Assembly: GCA_963764165.1 (NCBI GenBank)
Contig: CAVXRD010000004.1
Span: forward strand, 608,001-672,000
DNA length: 64,000 bases
From: an uncultured Verrucomicrobiae bacterium
GTDB lineage: Bacteria; Verrucomicrobiota; Verrucomicrobiia; Limisphaerales; Palsa-1400
Direction: 5' to 3'
Shown here: piece by piece, positions 20,056-30,479 of the stretch
Layout: each line of letters starts with the position of its first letter
Numbering within the stretch: position 1 is the first letter of the stretch
The notes under the pieces: generated by a model
Seen by the model: the letters and a program-made list of their open reading frames with translations, nothing else
Databases searched by the model: none
What the model was told of the DNA's origin: nothing
Position numbers and translations under genes: made by a program

Positions 20056-21096
20056 TTAACCGCGGGCGGGAACAGCCGTCTCAGCGGGAATATTCACTTT
20101 GGCCGGCGTAACAGAGCGGCCCATTTGGCCTCGCAGCTGTTGCTGCGACGCCAGCCTGTCTCGCGCGCGCAGCATGAGGCCCCGGCTCGCGTCTTCGATG
20201 GCCGACAGGGTTTCGGGCTTCAATTCGGATGCGCCCGATCCGTTCACTCCTCTGCGGAAGTAGCGGCTGCCCCCCCTGATTGTGCGAGCCTCGAGCGCCT
20301 GCAATTTTCCAAACCGCATATTGGATTCGGCGCGGACCACGACCGCCTCCGGGTGCGGAATTCCGGCCCAGTTCAGGGAGTCGCTCAGAACAGAGGCGGT
20401 GTCTTTGAGCATTTCCTCGTAACTTACGAGGTGAATCGGCAATCCTGCGTCAAACGCGTCCAAGTAACCGGTCACGTGCTCGACCCAGGACGGAAGAAAC
20501 TCAAGGCACAGCAAATCGATATCGGCCCGGTTGTTGGTGCGTATATATTTTTCTCGCAGCGCAAAATGGTATAACGAAACCAAGACGTCCTCTGGAGCGC
20601 GAAAAATATAAAGAAACCGGAGTTTGCCGACATCAATGCTGGCTGGAAATCTCGAGCGAAGCAGCGGCAGCGTGTCATGAGTCTTGATCAAATTGCCGTA
20701 GGCCCGGCCCGCAGGCATCCGCGACGCAATGCGGTCGGCATAATAATCGGGAACAAGCCTCTCGGGCTGAACCGACCCGGTCGCAGTCTCGATTCCGTGC
20801 AACTGCAGCAGGACGTCAGACATGAGGTACCGCATCCAAGTGTTGCCAGAGCGGCCGTAGGAGCAGACAAAAGTCAATTTGCCCGGCTCCTGCGCAAGCC
20901 TGCCGAGCTCGGAATTATTAAACGCCTGGACGACCAGCCGGCGCACCGGGGCAAAGCCTTCGTCGAGCAGCCGCGGCAATTGCAAGAGTGTGCTGGGCCG
21001 AAGCAACAGGCGGCCCGTTTGGAAAAGGCCGTTCAGCATTTTTGAACCCTTCGGAGAACCATTGGTTTCCGATGGGGGCAGTTGAGCATTTTTCAT
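20056..21096 (-). CDS. Sulfotransferase domain protein
   Basis: SYGRSGNTW 5'-PSB loop, IKTH, RAPEDVLVSLYH 3'-PB, YEEM, FRRG. Confidence 0.88.
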   Translation of the reverse strand: MKNAQLPPSETNGSPKGSKMLNGLFQTGRLLLRPSTLLQLPRLLDEGFAPVRRLVVQAFNNSELGRLAQEPGKLTFVCSYGRSGNTWMRYLMSDVLLQLHGIETATGSVQPERLVPDYYADRIASRMPAGRAYGNLIKTHDTLPLLRSRFPASIDVGKLRFLYIFRAPEDVLVSLYHFALREKYIRTNNRADIDLLCLEFLPSWVEHVTGYLDAFDAGLPIHLVSYEEMLKDTASVLSDSLNWAGIPHPEAVVVRAESNMRFGKLQALEARTIRGGSRYFRRGVNGSGASELKPETLSAIEDASRGLMLRARDRLASQQQLRGQMGRSVTPAKVNIPAETAVPARG

Positions 21097-21347
21097 GAGT
21101 TCTTACCACAAGCTGCAGGGGAACATAAACTATATGCCGCCGGATGACAAGGCGCCACCCCTTCACGCGGAAATTCATTCATGAAAACCCTCTCATGGTT
21201 GTAAGGAGATACCCTACAGAGGTTGATTTCGATTGTCAAGCCCCCGAACCGACTCTTGCCAAAGGAGATTTTCGACTTGCCCATCCCTCAAAGTCTTGTC
21301 ACGGTTGAGCTTCCGTTACTGAATCGAAAGACGTCGTTTTGTCTATT

Positions 21348-22082
21348 ATGATTGGAAGCAATTCGCGGCCTGGCGGCATTTATTTCAAGACGTGTGAGCT
21401 GGCCAAACGAGTTGCCTACCGCAGCCGCTGGCTGAACGCCTTGACCCGCCCGCGTTTTCCGCTGTTTGGAATGCAGCCCGCACAGCTTGCCTGGCTTGTC
21501 AATAAGATTGACGAAACCAAAACCGCCAATCGCGCGCCAGGGGCGATTGTGGAGGTGGGAGTTGGCTTGGGGATGACGACTGTGTTTTTGCTGGAGCACA
21601 TGCGGCTGTCCAACGACAAGCGTCCTTATTACTGTGTGGACACGTTTAGCGGCTTCCTGTCCCGCGACTTGGATTTCGAGGAAAAGCAGCGAAGCAAAGT
21701 TCGCCTCGCGATGGAGGGGCGCTTTAGTTACAACAAGCGGGAGGTGTTCGAGGGCAATCTAAAGAAGGCCGGCTACACCAACCAGATTGTCATCGGCGCA
21801 GACGCGGCTGAGTTCGATTTTTTGCGCGTAGGCCCCGTTGACGTGATGCTGCTTGATGTGGATCTGTACCTTCCCACCAAAGCCGTGTTGGAGCGGGTGA
21901 CAAAATTCATGAATCAAACGTCCTATCTCATGATCGACGACTGCATGCCAAATTCTCTTTGGGATGGTTCCGATCAGGCCTATAACGAGTTTTTGACAGC
22001 GCAAGGAGCGCAACGGACCATCGTCGGGACCAAGGGCGGTGTTTTTGGAAAGTCGCCTACCCTTGAGCGACGTGCTTCTTGA
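21348..22082 (+). CDS. TylF/MycF/NovP-like O-methyltransferase
   Basis: GAIVEVGVGLG, DTFSGF, LDVDLY, IDD. Confidence 0.8.
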   Translation: MIGSNSRPGGIYFKTCELAKRVAYRSRWLNALTRPRFPLFGMQPAQLAWLVNKIDETKTANRAPGAIVEVGVGLGMTTVFLLEHMRLSNDKRPYYCVDTFSGFLSRDLDFEEKQRSKVRLAMEGRFSYNKREVFEGNLKKAGYTNQIVIGADAAEFDFLRVGPVDVMLLDVDLYLPTKAVLERVTKFMNQTSYLMIDDCMPNSLWDGSDQAYNEFLTAQGAQRTIVGTKGGVFGKSPTLERRAS

Positions 22083-23085
22083 TTAAATCCACGAAATAGT
22101 CGGAGCCAAAAGGGTCAATCTTTGTGCCGTTGACGAACTCCTCAATGGCCTGGATGCGATCCCTGTAATCCTTTTCAGTCATGCTGGCCAGGTATCGATA
22201 CATGGACTCATTGTCGGGAAACTTGCGGCGGTCGACGAATGTTTCCGGCGGAATGTGCTCCACAACATCGGGCGCCCCCAGGTAGACGGGGATGCAGCCG
22301 GCGAAGAATGCGTCGAAAATCTTCTCCGTGAGATAACCCGGAAACACCGCATTTTCGTAAACGATGGCGAATTTGTATCCAATCATAACATCCCGTTTTC
22401 GGCTTACCGGCCCTCGCCACGATGGGAAGTTGCGCGTTTTGAACCGGTGGGGAGCCATGCTGTAAAATTTGGACAGGAACAGATTTAAGCGCCAGAGATG
22501 ATTTGCGAAATAAAAGCGATCCCACCGCTGCCCAAACAGGTCAAATTGATCTGGGTGATTCCGCTCGAACCAGCGAATGATGTCGATGCGCTCCCGGTAA
22601 AGCCCGCACGAGTGAGTGCTATACTTTTGACTTGACAGCAGGATGGAAAATTTATTCTTGCGGGAGACGTCAATTGCCAGCGGCCGCGGTATATTGACGC
22701 AATAATGCGTGGGAAGGTATTTTTTCCCGTCGATTAGCGTTGGATCCCACGTAAAAACTTTTTCGAAGTCCTTGTGCAGCCACTTCCAATAATTGTCCGG
22801 CCGGTTCAGGCGATTCTCCAGCAGGAACACGTAAAGCTTTGTCCGCGTATTTCGCAATCGGCGAAAATGCGAGTTAAGGAATGTTGGGTGGTCAAAGAAA
22901 ACTGCCGCATCGAGCTCGCCTTCGGCCCGGTCAAGCGTGTTTACGGTATGGCCCAAAGCCCGCAGCGTTAAGGCCATTTTGGCCGTGGGGTGGGTCACGT
23001 CATCGCCCGCCGCTGACGACGATTGAGCCTCAAACATTTTGTTCGCATTGTAAAACCCGTAGAAGTTCCAAAACCCGAGGTTCAT
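22057..23085 (-). CDS. Glycosyltransferase family 10 (alpha-1,3-fucosyltransferase-like)
   Basis: YKFAIVYEN...GYLTEKIFDAFFAGCIPVYLGA GT10 signature. Confidence 0.88.
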   Translation of the reverse strand: MNLGFWNFYGFYNANKMFEAQSSSAAGDDVTHPTAKMALTLRALGHTVNTLDRAEGELDAAVFFDHPTFLNSHFRRLRNTRTKLYVFLLENRLNRPDNYWKWLHKDFEKVFTWDPTLIDGKKYLPTHYCVNIPRPLAIDVSRKNKFSILLSSQKYSTHSCGLYRERIDIIRWFERNHPDQFDLFGQRWDRFYFANHLWRLNLFLSKFYSMAPHRFKTRNFPSWRGPVSRKRDVMIGYKFAIVYENAVFPGYLTEKIFDAFFAGCIPVYLGAPDVVEHIPPETFVDRRKFPDNESMYRYLASMTEKDYRDRIQAIEEFVNGTKIDPFGSDYFVDLIKKHVAQG

Positions 23086-23315
23086 TAAAATTGTGCGGGC
23101 GGCACTAATTGCCCCTTTCGAACCCGGCAAGAGTTGGCGACCAAAATGTCGACTTAGCCGCTAAACTGCTTTCAAGTTGAAACCCTCTCATGTCTGTAGT
23201 GCAAATCCTGACAAAATAAAAAACGATGTCAATCCCCTTTGGACGCATTATCGTTATGTGAAGGCAGCAACTCTTGCGTCTTGTTTCGCCGGATCAAGCA
23301 ACTTATTCTAACGGT

Positions 23316-26300
23316 ATGACGAGTGGCCAAGGAAGTAAACAGACCGCAACAGTATATCTGGTTTTTTTGTTATTATTGACGCATGTATCTTATGGAAGTA
23401 CAGGCTTCGTTCCACTTCCTTTGGTGTCATCGAGTTTCAATCAGGACGTTGTCGTCGAGAAGACGGCGCCTGCCCCGATCTTCAGCGGTGAATTTACAAC
23501 AGCTTCAATGGATGCCGGTCTTGGCAACTCAGGCACGAGCTGGTACGAAATGGGATTCGACACCGCTGCTCCCACGACGGGACTGCCTCACCCTGGCGTC
23601 ATCTTCACAAGCCAAACTTCGTCGACGCACCAATATATCATGGCCCCGAGTTACGCGACGAATGACGCCATTCTTATTGACTCGACGTTGAAAAACTCAA
23701 CGCTGGTGCTGACGACGCCGACCATTTGCAGCCAACTTTCGTTTCTGGAGAGCGCCGGGCACGGGCCGGTGTCGTTTAAGTACACCGTGCATCACGCTTC
23801 GGGCGCATCCGATACGGGCACTGGAAGCAGTGTTGACTGGTTTACGTCATCGACGGCGGCATGGACGGCGAATGGGAGAGTCGATGTTGGAACATTTGCC
23901 TTGAGCAGTGTGAACGGAAATGACCCGCGTCTTTTTTCTTTGGACATCACCCTTGCTAATACGACAAATCCCGTGACAAGCATCGATTTCACTTGGGTAA
24001 GCGGCACTGGCGAAGCGGCGGTCCTGGCCGTCAGCGGCGGCACCGGCGGGACGTTCTCGCCGTTGATTGTGACGGGCTACAACGAGGACATCATCGTCGA
24101 AGCCGCAGCGGGAACATCATTGTCGGGATTCACAACGGCGACAATGGACACCGGACTGACTAATACGCTGAATACTTTTTTCGAAGAAGGCTACGATCCA
24201 TCTGCTCCGCTCGTTGGGATCCCTCCCGCTGGTTCGACGTTCACAAGCGCCTCCGCTCCCGACCATCTTTATGTCCTTCCGGCGAGCTACGCCGCGAACA
24301 ATGCTCTCCTTCTCACATCCAACACACCGACTGGGACAATGACGCTCTCCAGCGCCGTTACGGAAAAGGGATTGTCATTCCTATGCTCTGCGGGAAACGG
24401 GCCGGTGACCGTCGGTTATGTAGTTCATCACAGCGGCGGGGCGACGGAGAGCAACACGCTTGTCGTGCAGGATTGGTTTTCGTATTCGCCTGTCGCGTGC
24501 TTTGCCAATGGCCGCGTCAACGTCAGCTCCAGGACCGTCAATAATATCAACGCCAGCAACCCGTGCCTTTACTCCGTCGACGTCACCTTGAACAACACCG
24601 CCCCGGTCGCGTCCGTAACGCTTACCTGGCTCTCCGGTGAAAACGGCGGCAACGCGGCTTTCTTTGCCCTCAGCGGCGGCTCCTCGACACTCCCTTTTGC
24701 GACGGACGACTTCAACACCAACAGCGCCGTCGCCGCCAACGTCATGCAGCAGTGGTACAACCAAAGCGGTCTTTACAACTCCACCGGGTGGTGGAACGCC
24801 GCCAATTGCCTCGAAGGCCTTGAAACCGTCATCGCAGCCGATCATCAATTGCAATATCTCAGCGTTCTGACCAACACGCTTGTTTTGAATTCCAACGCCA
24901 ATTTTCTCAACGGTTATTACGATGACGAAGGCTGGTGGGCCAACGCCTGGATTCACGCCTACGACCTGACGGGCAGCACGAATTTTCTCCGCGCCGCCAA
25001 AATCATTTTCTCGGACATGAGCAATTCGTGGAACTCGGCCAATTGCAACGGCGGCATTTGGTGGGATAGATCCGAAACCTATAAGAACGCCATCGCCAAC
25101 GAACTGTTCATGCTCGCGGCCATTCGCCTGCATCAGCGCACGCCCAACGACACCGGAGCAGGCAGTTATCTCGCTTGGGCGACCAATGAATATAATTGGT
25201 TCCTGCAAAGCACGATGATCAATTCGGAATATCTCATCAACGACGGCCTCACGAACTGCGTCAACAATGGCGGCCCGACTTTCACTTACAATCAGGGCGT
25301 CATCATTGGCGCGCTGACCGACCTTTACAAAGTCACCGGTGTCACCAACTATTTGACTCTGGCGACATCCATCGCCCATGCCGTCGTGACGAATTTGAGC
25401 AGCGGACACGTCCTCGTGGAAGGCTCGCCTTGCGACCCCACCTGCGGCGGCGGCGACGTGCCGGAATTCAAGGGAATCTGCATTCGCAACATCGCCTATC
25501 TTTACGATGTCACGCATGACCCGCAATTGTACACCCTGCTCTATGACTCCGCCCACTCCATTTGGTTCGTCGACCGCAACGTTTACAATCAACTCGGCAT
25601 GTCGTGGGCTGGCGTGGTGGACGCGGTGGACGCCGCGCGGCAAAGTTCAGCGCTCGCGGGGGTCGCTGCTCTTGCGCAACCCATCACGACGAATCTTTTG
25701 TTCGTGCGCGGCGCGGGCGACCCGTCGTTCACTCACGCCATCGGAAGCGCGACCGGCGCGCTCGGCTGGACTTGCGGGCCAACCAACGCGCAGAACGCAA
25801 ATTACATGCTGAGCGGGCCGCACGTTGCCTATTTGCCGCCCGGCCTGCACGCCGCGCATTTCCAACTTTCGGTGGACGCCCTCAGCAACTCGCCCGCCAG
25901 CCTCGCGATTCTCAGCGTGCTCGAAGACAATTCGTCCACGATCCTTGCGACCGCGCCGGTTCCTTGGAGCGCATTCACCCAGGTTGGCGTGCCGCAGGAC
26001 TTTGTTGTTCTCTTTACAAACAATGTCGCAGGCGACCCACTCCAATTCCGCATTTTCTGGACGCGCGCCGCGGGAGGCCCGGATTTGACGGCGAATGACG
26101 TGGCGATCGATGGGCTGATGAACTGGTCGGGCGCAAATTTGATTCACGACATCGGCCACCTCGATGGATTGAACGCGTGGGCGGCGGATCTTCGCAGCTC
26201 GACCTTGTCCGGCTACTTGTCGCGCGGGCCGGGCATCAACACCCTTCCCACTGGCGATTACACGGCGACCTTCGAGTTGAAAGTGGACAACTTCAATTAC

Positions 26301-26741
26301 GACACCGCCGTCGTGGCCACCGTCTCTGTTATTGACATGGACACGGGCGTTGCCGTCAGCACCGAGGCCATCACGCGCAACCAATTCCCGAACACGCTTT
26401 ACCAGCCGTTCACGCTCAGTTTCAACGCGGTGGCGGGAACGCATTATGATTTCCGCACCTATTGGTATCGCAGCGCCAATGCGCCACGCCTGACGCAGCG
26501 CAGCGTCTTTTTGCGCCCCGGCCCGCAGGCATTTTTCACCTCGGTGCAATGGGCAAACGGCGCGCCGCAATTTGCGATTGCGGGCGTTCCCGGCCGCACC
26601 TACTCGCTGCAGGCGACACCGGACTTGACGCTGCCATGGTCAACCATCGGAACAGTGACAATTCCGGCCAACTTGGGATTCGCATCAGCGGCTGACGCCG
26701 CCGGGACCGCGGCAAAATTCTACCGGTTAAGCTACCCGTGA
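23316..26741 (+). CDS. Secreted modular GH76 alpha-1,6-mannanase-like protein
   Basis: GWWNAAN, YYDDEGWW catalytic DD, GGIWW, YKNAIANE, TYNQG, FKGI; duplicated N- and C-terminal modules; KFYRL terminus. Confidence 0.88.
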   Translation: MTSGQGSKQTATVYLVFLLLLTHVSYGSTGFVPLPLVSSSFNQDVVVEKTAPAPIFSGEFTTASMDAGLGNSGTSWYEMGFDTAAPTTGLPHPGVIFTSQTSSTHQYIMAPSYATNDAILIDSTLKNSTLVLTTPTICSQLSFLESAGHGPVSFKYTVHHASGASDTGTGSSVDWFTSSTAAWTANGRVDVGTFALSSVNGNDPRLFSLDITLANTTNPVTSIDFTWVSGTGEAAVLAVSGGTGGTFSPLIVTGYNEDIIVEAAAGTSLSGFTTATMDTGLTNTLNTFFEEGYDPSAPLVGIPPAGSTFTSASAPDHLYVLPASYAANNALLLTSNTPTGTMTLSSAVTEKGLSFLCSAGNGPVTVGYVVHHSGGATESNTLVVQDWFSYSPVACFANGRVNVSSRTVNNINASNPCLYSVDVTLNNTAPVASVTLTWLSGENGGNAAFFALSGGSSTLPFATDDFNTNSAVAANVMQQWYNQSGLYNSTGWWNAANCLEGLETVIAADHQLQYLSVLTNTLVLNSNANFLNGYYDDEGWWANAWIHAYDLTGSTNFLRAAKIIFSDMSNSWNSANCNGGIWWDRSETYKNAIANELFMLAAIRLHQRTPNDTGAGSYLAWATNEYNWFLQSTMINSEYLINDGLTNCVNNGGPTFTYNQGVIIGALTDLYKVTGVTNYLTLATSIAHAVVTNLSSGHVLVEGSPCDPTCGGGDVPEFKGICIRNIAYLYDVTHDPQLYTLLYDSAHSIWFVDRNVYNQLGMSWAGVVDAVDAARQSSALAGVAALAQPITTNLLFVRGAGDPSFTHAIGSATGALGWTCGPTNAQNANYMLSGPHVAYLPPGLHAAHFQLSVDALSNSPASLAILSVLEDNSSTILATAPVPWSAFTQVGVPQDFVVLFTNNVAGDPLQFRIFWTRAAGGPDLTANDVAIDGLMNWSGANLIHDIGHLDGLNAWAADLRSSTLSGYLSRGPGINTLPTGDYTATFELKVDNFNYDTAVVATVSVIDMDTGVAVSTEAITRNQFPNTLYQPFTLSFNAVAGTHYDFRTYWYRSANAPRLTQRSVFLRPGPQAFFTSVQWANGAPQFAIAGVPGRTYSLQATPDLTLPWSTIGTVTIPANLGFASAADAAGTAAKFYRLSYP

Positions 26742-26860
26742 TGTGTGGCGGCAAGGGAGGAATGCGAAGCATGGGAGTTATGGAATTACCATTCGCTTGA
26801 CACTGCCCGCAGCCTTTTTTCCAGCTTTCCTGAGTTCCAGATTAAAAACGTCCCCCCGTT

Positions 26861-28291
26861 CTAAATCTCGTATTCCAAGACGGCCTGCCTCGCCTCCTCA
26901 ACTCTCGCGCCGGACATTTCTCCAAATTGCTTCAGCAAAATTTCCGCCAAACGGAACGCCTGCGAGCGAAGCTCCGGCACCGCGCTGCTTTCCCAGAGCG
27001 TTCCCTTCAAGAGCGGCCCAATCGCAAATATCCGCGACGATGCTTTGCCCGCCGTCACGACAGCGTAATCGGAGTTCACCTGAAGCCCCATATCCATCGC
27101 GTCGGGCTCGATGACTTTTAACGAGACAAGTTTTGCGTAAAAAGGCGAGAGCGACCGGGTCAAACTTTCCGATGGCCCGGTGCAATTGATGACGGCGCAT
27201 CCCTCCAGTTCACGCAATTCATCCCCGCACTTTACTGTCAGCGCTATGTTCTCGCCACGCGAGGCGCCCCCACACAAGCGGCCTTTCACGATCTCCAGCC
27301 TGCCCTCCTCCATGTGGTCGGCCAGCAATTGGTGAATGCTCTGCGCGATGCGGTGGCGCACCACATTCCATCTCGTTCGCAGATGGCGATTGAATCGCCT
27401 CTTTTCCGCCAGGGAGAAATGCTGCCAGATGCGGTGCGTGTGGGGCCGCAGTTTGTCAACAAGAATGGCTGGGTTCACGCCATCCACTTTCGCCTTTCGA
27501 TAACTGCGCTTGAATGCGGCAAAGGCTTTCGCAAGCGTGATGTTGTCAGCTTTGCCGTCGATCCAGTCCGGATATTCCGCGCCCTTGAAATGCGAAAGCG
27601 GGAGAAGCCCGTTGCGCGAGACTGCGAAAATGCGCCCCTGCCATCCAAGGTCGTTCAATGAGATGATCGCGTCCACCGCCGTCAAGCCGGTGCCAATGAG
27701 GATGATGTTCTGCGTGCGATTCGTCAGTTGGGTTTCCCAATCTGACCACGGATTTTGGAAGAAACACGGGTGCGCCGGATCGAGCCCCTTGATGCGCAGC
27801 GCCGACGGCGGCGGATTTCCCGTGGCCAGCACCACCTTGTCCGCCTCGACGAGAGCGCCATCGGCCAGGACGACATTGGCGCCCGCCGCTGTCAAATCGA
27901 TATTCACAGCTTCGCCCGCCACTGTTTCCATTTTGACGCCGCGGTCCGCCGAGAGCGTGGCCACCGAATAGAGGAGCCCGCGCACATAATCCCCATAAAC
28001 GCGCCGAGGCATGTATTGCTCGCGCAGCTTGGCGATGGGCTCGTCCGCAAATTCCGAGCGCGTGTGCAGCCAGTCAACAAAATGATTCGGCTGATCCGCC
28101 AGCGCGGACATGTTGCGCGCCGCGACGTTGAGCAAATGATGCCCATTGCGCGTGCTGTAAGCGACGCCGCGCCCGGCTGGATAACCGCTATTGACCACCG
28201 TGATCCTGAGCGGCCCGCTGCTGAAGCGGCACAAGTTGATGGCCGTCAGGCTGCCGCTAAAACCGCCCCCGATGATGACAACGTGATTCAT
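26861..28291 (-). CDS. FAD/NAD(P)-binding protein (NAD_binding_9 / YdhS-like)
   Basis: IIGGGFSG, GRGVAYST, HLLNV, IGTGLTAVD, SRNGLLP, WESSAVPEL. Confidence 0.88.
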   Translation of the reverse strand: MNHVVIIGGGFSGSLTAINLCRFSSGPLRITVVNSGYPAGRGVAYSTRNGHHLLNVAARNMSALADQPNHFVDWLHTRSEFADEPIAKLREQYMPRRVYGDYVRGLLYSVATLSADRGVKMETVAGEAVNIDLTAAGANVVLADGALVEADKVVLATGNPPPSALRIKGLDPAHPCFFQNPWSDWETQLTNRTQNIILIGTGLTAVDAIISLNDLGWQGRIFAVSRNGLLPLSHFKGAEYPDWIDGKADNITLAKAFAAFKRSYRKAKVDGVNPAILVDKLRPHTHRIWQHFSLAEKRRFNRHLRTRWNVVRHRIAQSIHQLLADHMEEGRLEIVKGRLCGGASRGENIALTVKCGDELRELEGCAVINCTGPSESLTRSLSPFYAKLVSLKVIEPDAMDMGLQVNSDYAVVTAGKASSRIFAIGPLLKGTLWESSAVPELRSQAFRLAEILLKQFGEMSGARVEEARQAVLEYEI

Positions 28292-28448
28292 TTTGGAGAA
28301 CGAACACTACCAGCCAGCTTTCCAATTAGCCATAAAATCAGTGTCAACTACATAGCGCACCGGCCCTGAGGTTCTCAAAGCAAATCGCCGGTGGCGTTTG
28401 GGCCATCGGCGATTCGTTGCCATTCCGGTTCCGCTCCCCAACCCCGGC

Positions 28449-30479
28449 CTAGTTCGGCTTCTTCTCTTGGCTTGAGCCAGACTTCGATCCCGAGGCGGAA
28501 GGTCTGCCGGGTGCCGTGCGGGATGGTGTCGTGCCTGGACGACCGGGAGCGCCATGGTCTGCCGCGGTTGGCCCATGCTCGGCCGCGCTGCGGCCTGGTT
28601 CGGCGCGGTGAGCTTCCGCCTCATGGTGTTCGACCCGGGCCACTTCTTTATGCTCCGCCACGCGCCGCTCAAAGTTGTGATGCTCCTCTGTCCTCCGCAA
28701 TTCCGCGGCTTTATGCACGACGACTTCGTGGTGCGTAATGGCCGCAATGTGTTCGCGGCCGAGGCCCTCGAAATGAACATGGCCGCCTTCGACACGGAAT
28801 CCTCCGTGAAACACGCTGTGCTCATAGAAAATCCGCGCCCGATCAGGCCCGAAACGGAAGCGCGCATAATCCCCGCCCCAGAAGTGATCCGGGCCGACGA
28901 ACACGAAGGCGTCAAAGCCAAGCCCAAACCCGACGCCACCATCCACCACCAGCCCGCCGTGCCAGAAAAGGCCCACGCCAGCGTGAAATTCCACGCCCCA
29001 CGGCAACGGGGCCCAGCCCATGCCGCCATCGCCTTCGCGCCAGCTTACCCAGGACGGAGCCCAATCGTAGGCCGGAGCCCAGGCCCAGCGGCCACCGGTG
29101 AACTCATTGCGAATCCAGCGTCCGTAGTGAAAACCAATGTCGCCCCAAGGATAGTCGGACTGCCAGAACCAGCCAGCGTCCGTGTATTCCCAATGACCTG
29201 CATCCATATAAGGACGCCATTCAAGATTGTTGGCTTCCATTGGAACCCAGACGGAACCCGCATCCGGCACCGTGATCCATTGCCCGTAAGGCGCCAGGTG
29301 CGTTTGGAAATAATCAAACGTCGGAACTTCCGGCGGCGCGGTCATCACAACCGGCTGCGGCGCGGGCGCCAGCGAAGTCAATTCAATCGATTGCCAATTT
29401 GCAAAGGTCGGACCGTGGCGGCGCGAATCCAAAACGACGTGGAACGGCCCGGCGCCGACCGGCATCGAATTCATCGCGCCGAGCTGAAAGCCGGCCGCGT
29501 CCTGGAACGAAACGGATCCCATTCCATCCGCGGTGACGGTCAGAGTCACGGTGTAAGGGACACTCGGGACGGGAGCCGGATAAATCTTGCTGCCAAGAGC
29601 CGATATCGGCTGACCGCTGCCGGTCCAGTTGGCCCAGACGCCGTGGTCCGGCGACGGGCCGCCCATCGGAACCCGCACGCCCCCAAATGGCGTGCGAATG
29701 CCCAATCCACCGCGGGCCTCCCCCATCCCGCCGACGTGCGCGGCCACGCTCAGCCACTGACGCAGATCCGGGCTGACAAGTGAAAGCTCGAACGGCACGC
29801 CTTCCGCCGATAGGGCGCTGACGCGTGCCGTTACCGAAAACGGCGCGGCATAAACACCCGCCGATTGGATGCCCGTAAATTGGCCGGGTCCATTCACGCC
29901 CGACAATTGCAGTCCAGCCGGGCTGAAAGCCATCATCGGCGGCATCGACGCAGCGCCGTTCCATTGAGCAAGATTCTGCAACAAGGGCGTCTGAATCGAC
30001 CAAATCGAAGGATTCAATCCGCCGTCCGTGGTGAAATTATCGATCAAACCGGGTGGCGGCGTATAAGGCGGAGGGGCAGCGGCCATGGGCGGCTGAACGG
30101 AAACGCCCGGCGGCGGCGTCGAAGGCGTGGCAATTTGCTGCGGCGCGGGCGCGGGCGCCGGGGCAGGCGCTGCGTTGATCTTCGTTTGCAGCAAGGCGGA
30201 TAAAACCGGCTGGGAAACACCCTGGCTGGTCAGATAAATCATGTCGTCGCCGGAGAGGTTGTAGGCCTTCCCAGAATTCTTGATATAGGCCAGAATGACA
30301 TCATCCGACATCTTGGCTTGGGCAAATTTGACGATTTCCTGCAAATCTGGCGAGAGGTTGGCGGGAGGGGTTTGGGCCTGGCTGATGGAGCCGGCAGTCA
30401 GGACCGCGCAGGCCAGCAACGTGGCCCAACAAGCGGCGAAGACACCGGTCTTGCGATGAATTGTTCGAGTTGTTTTCAT
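28449..30479 (-). CDS. Secreted DUF6600-type protein with His/Glu-rich tail
   Basis: Signal peptide; LAPYGQW...WRPY..GHW..TDAGWFW.SDYPWG...FHYGRW...WAPSWVSWR. Start at ATG 30479. Confidence 0.8.
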   Translation of the reverse strand: MKTTRTIHRKTGVFAACWATLLACAVLTAGSISQAQTPPANLSPDLQEIVKFAQAKMSDDVILAYIKNSGKAYNLSGDDMIYLTSQGVSQPVLSALLQTKINAAPAPAPAPAPQQIATPSTPPPGVSVQPPMAAAPPPYTPPPGLIDNFTTDGGLNPSIWSIQTPLLQNLAQWNGAASMPPMMAFSPAGLQLSGVNGPGQFTGIQSAGVYAAPFSVTARVSALSAEGVPFELSLVSPDLRQWLSVAAHVGGMGEARGGLGIRTPFGGVRVPMGGPSPDHGVWANWTGSGQPISALGSKIYPAPVPSVPYTVTLTVTADGMGSVSFQDAAGFQLGAMNSMPVGAGPFHVVLDSRRHGPTFANWQSIELTSLAPAPQPVVMTAPPEVPTFDYFQTHLAPYGQWITVPDAGSVWVPMEANNLEWRPYMDAGHWEYTDAGWFWQSDYPWGDIGFHYGRWIRNEFTGGRWAWAPAYDWAPSWVSWREGDGGMGWAPLPWGVEFHAGVGLFWHGGLVVDGGVGFGLGFDAFVFVGPDHFWGGDYARFRFGPDRARIFYEHSVFHGGFRVEGGHVHFEGLGREHIAAITHHEVVVHKAAELRRTEEHHNFERRVAEHKEVARVEHHEAEAHRAEPGRSAAEHGPTAADHGAPGRPGTTPSRTAPGRPSASGSKSGSSQEKKPN

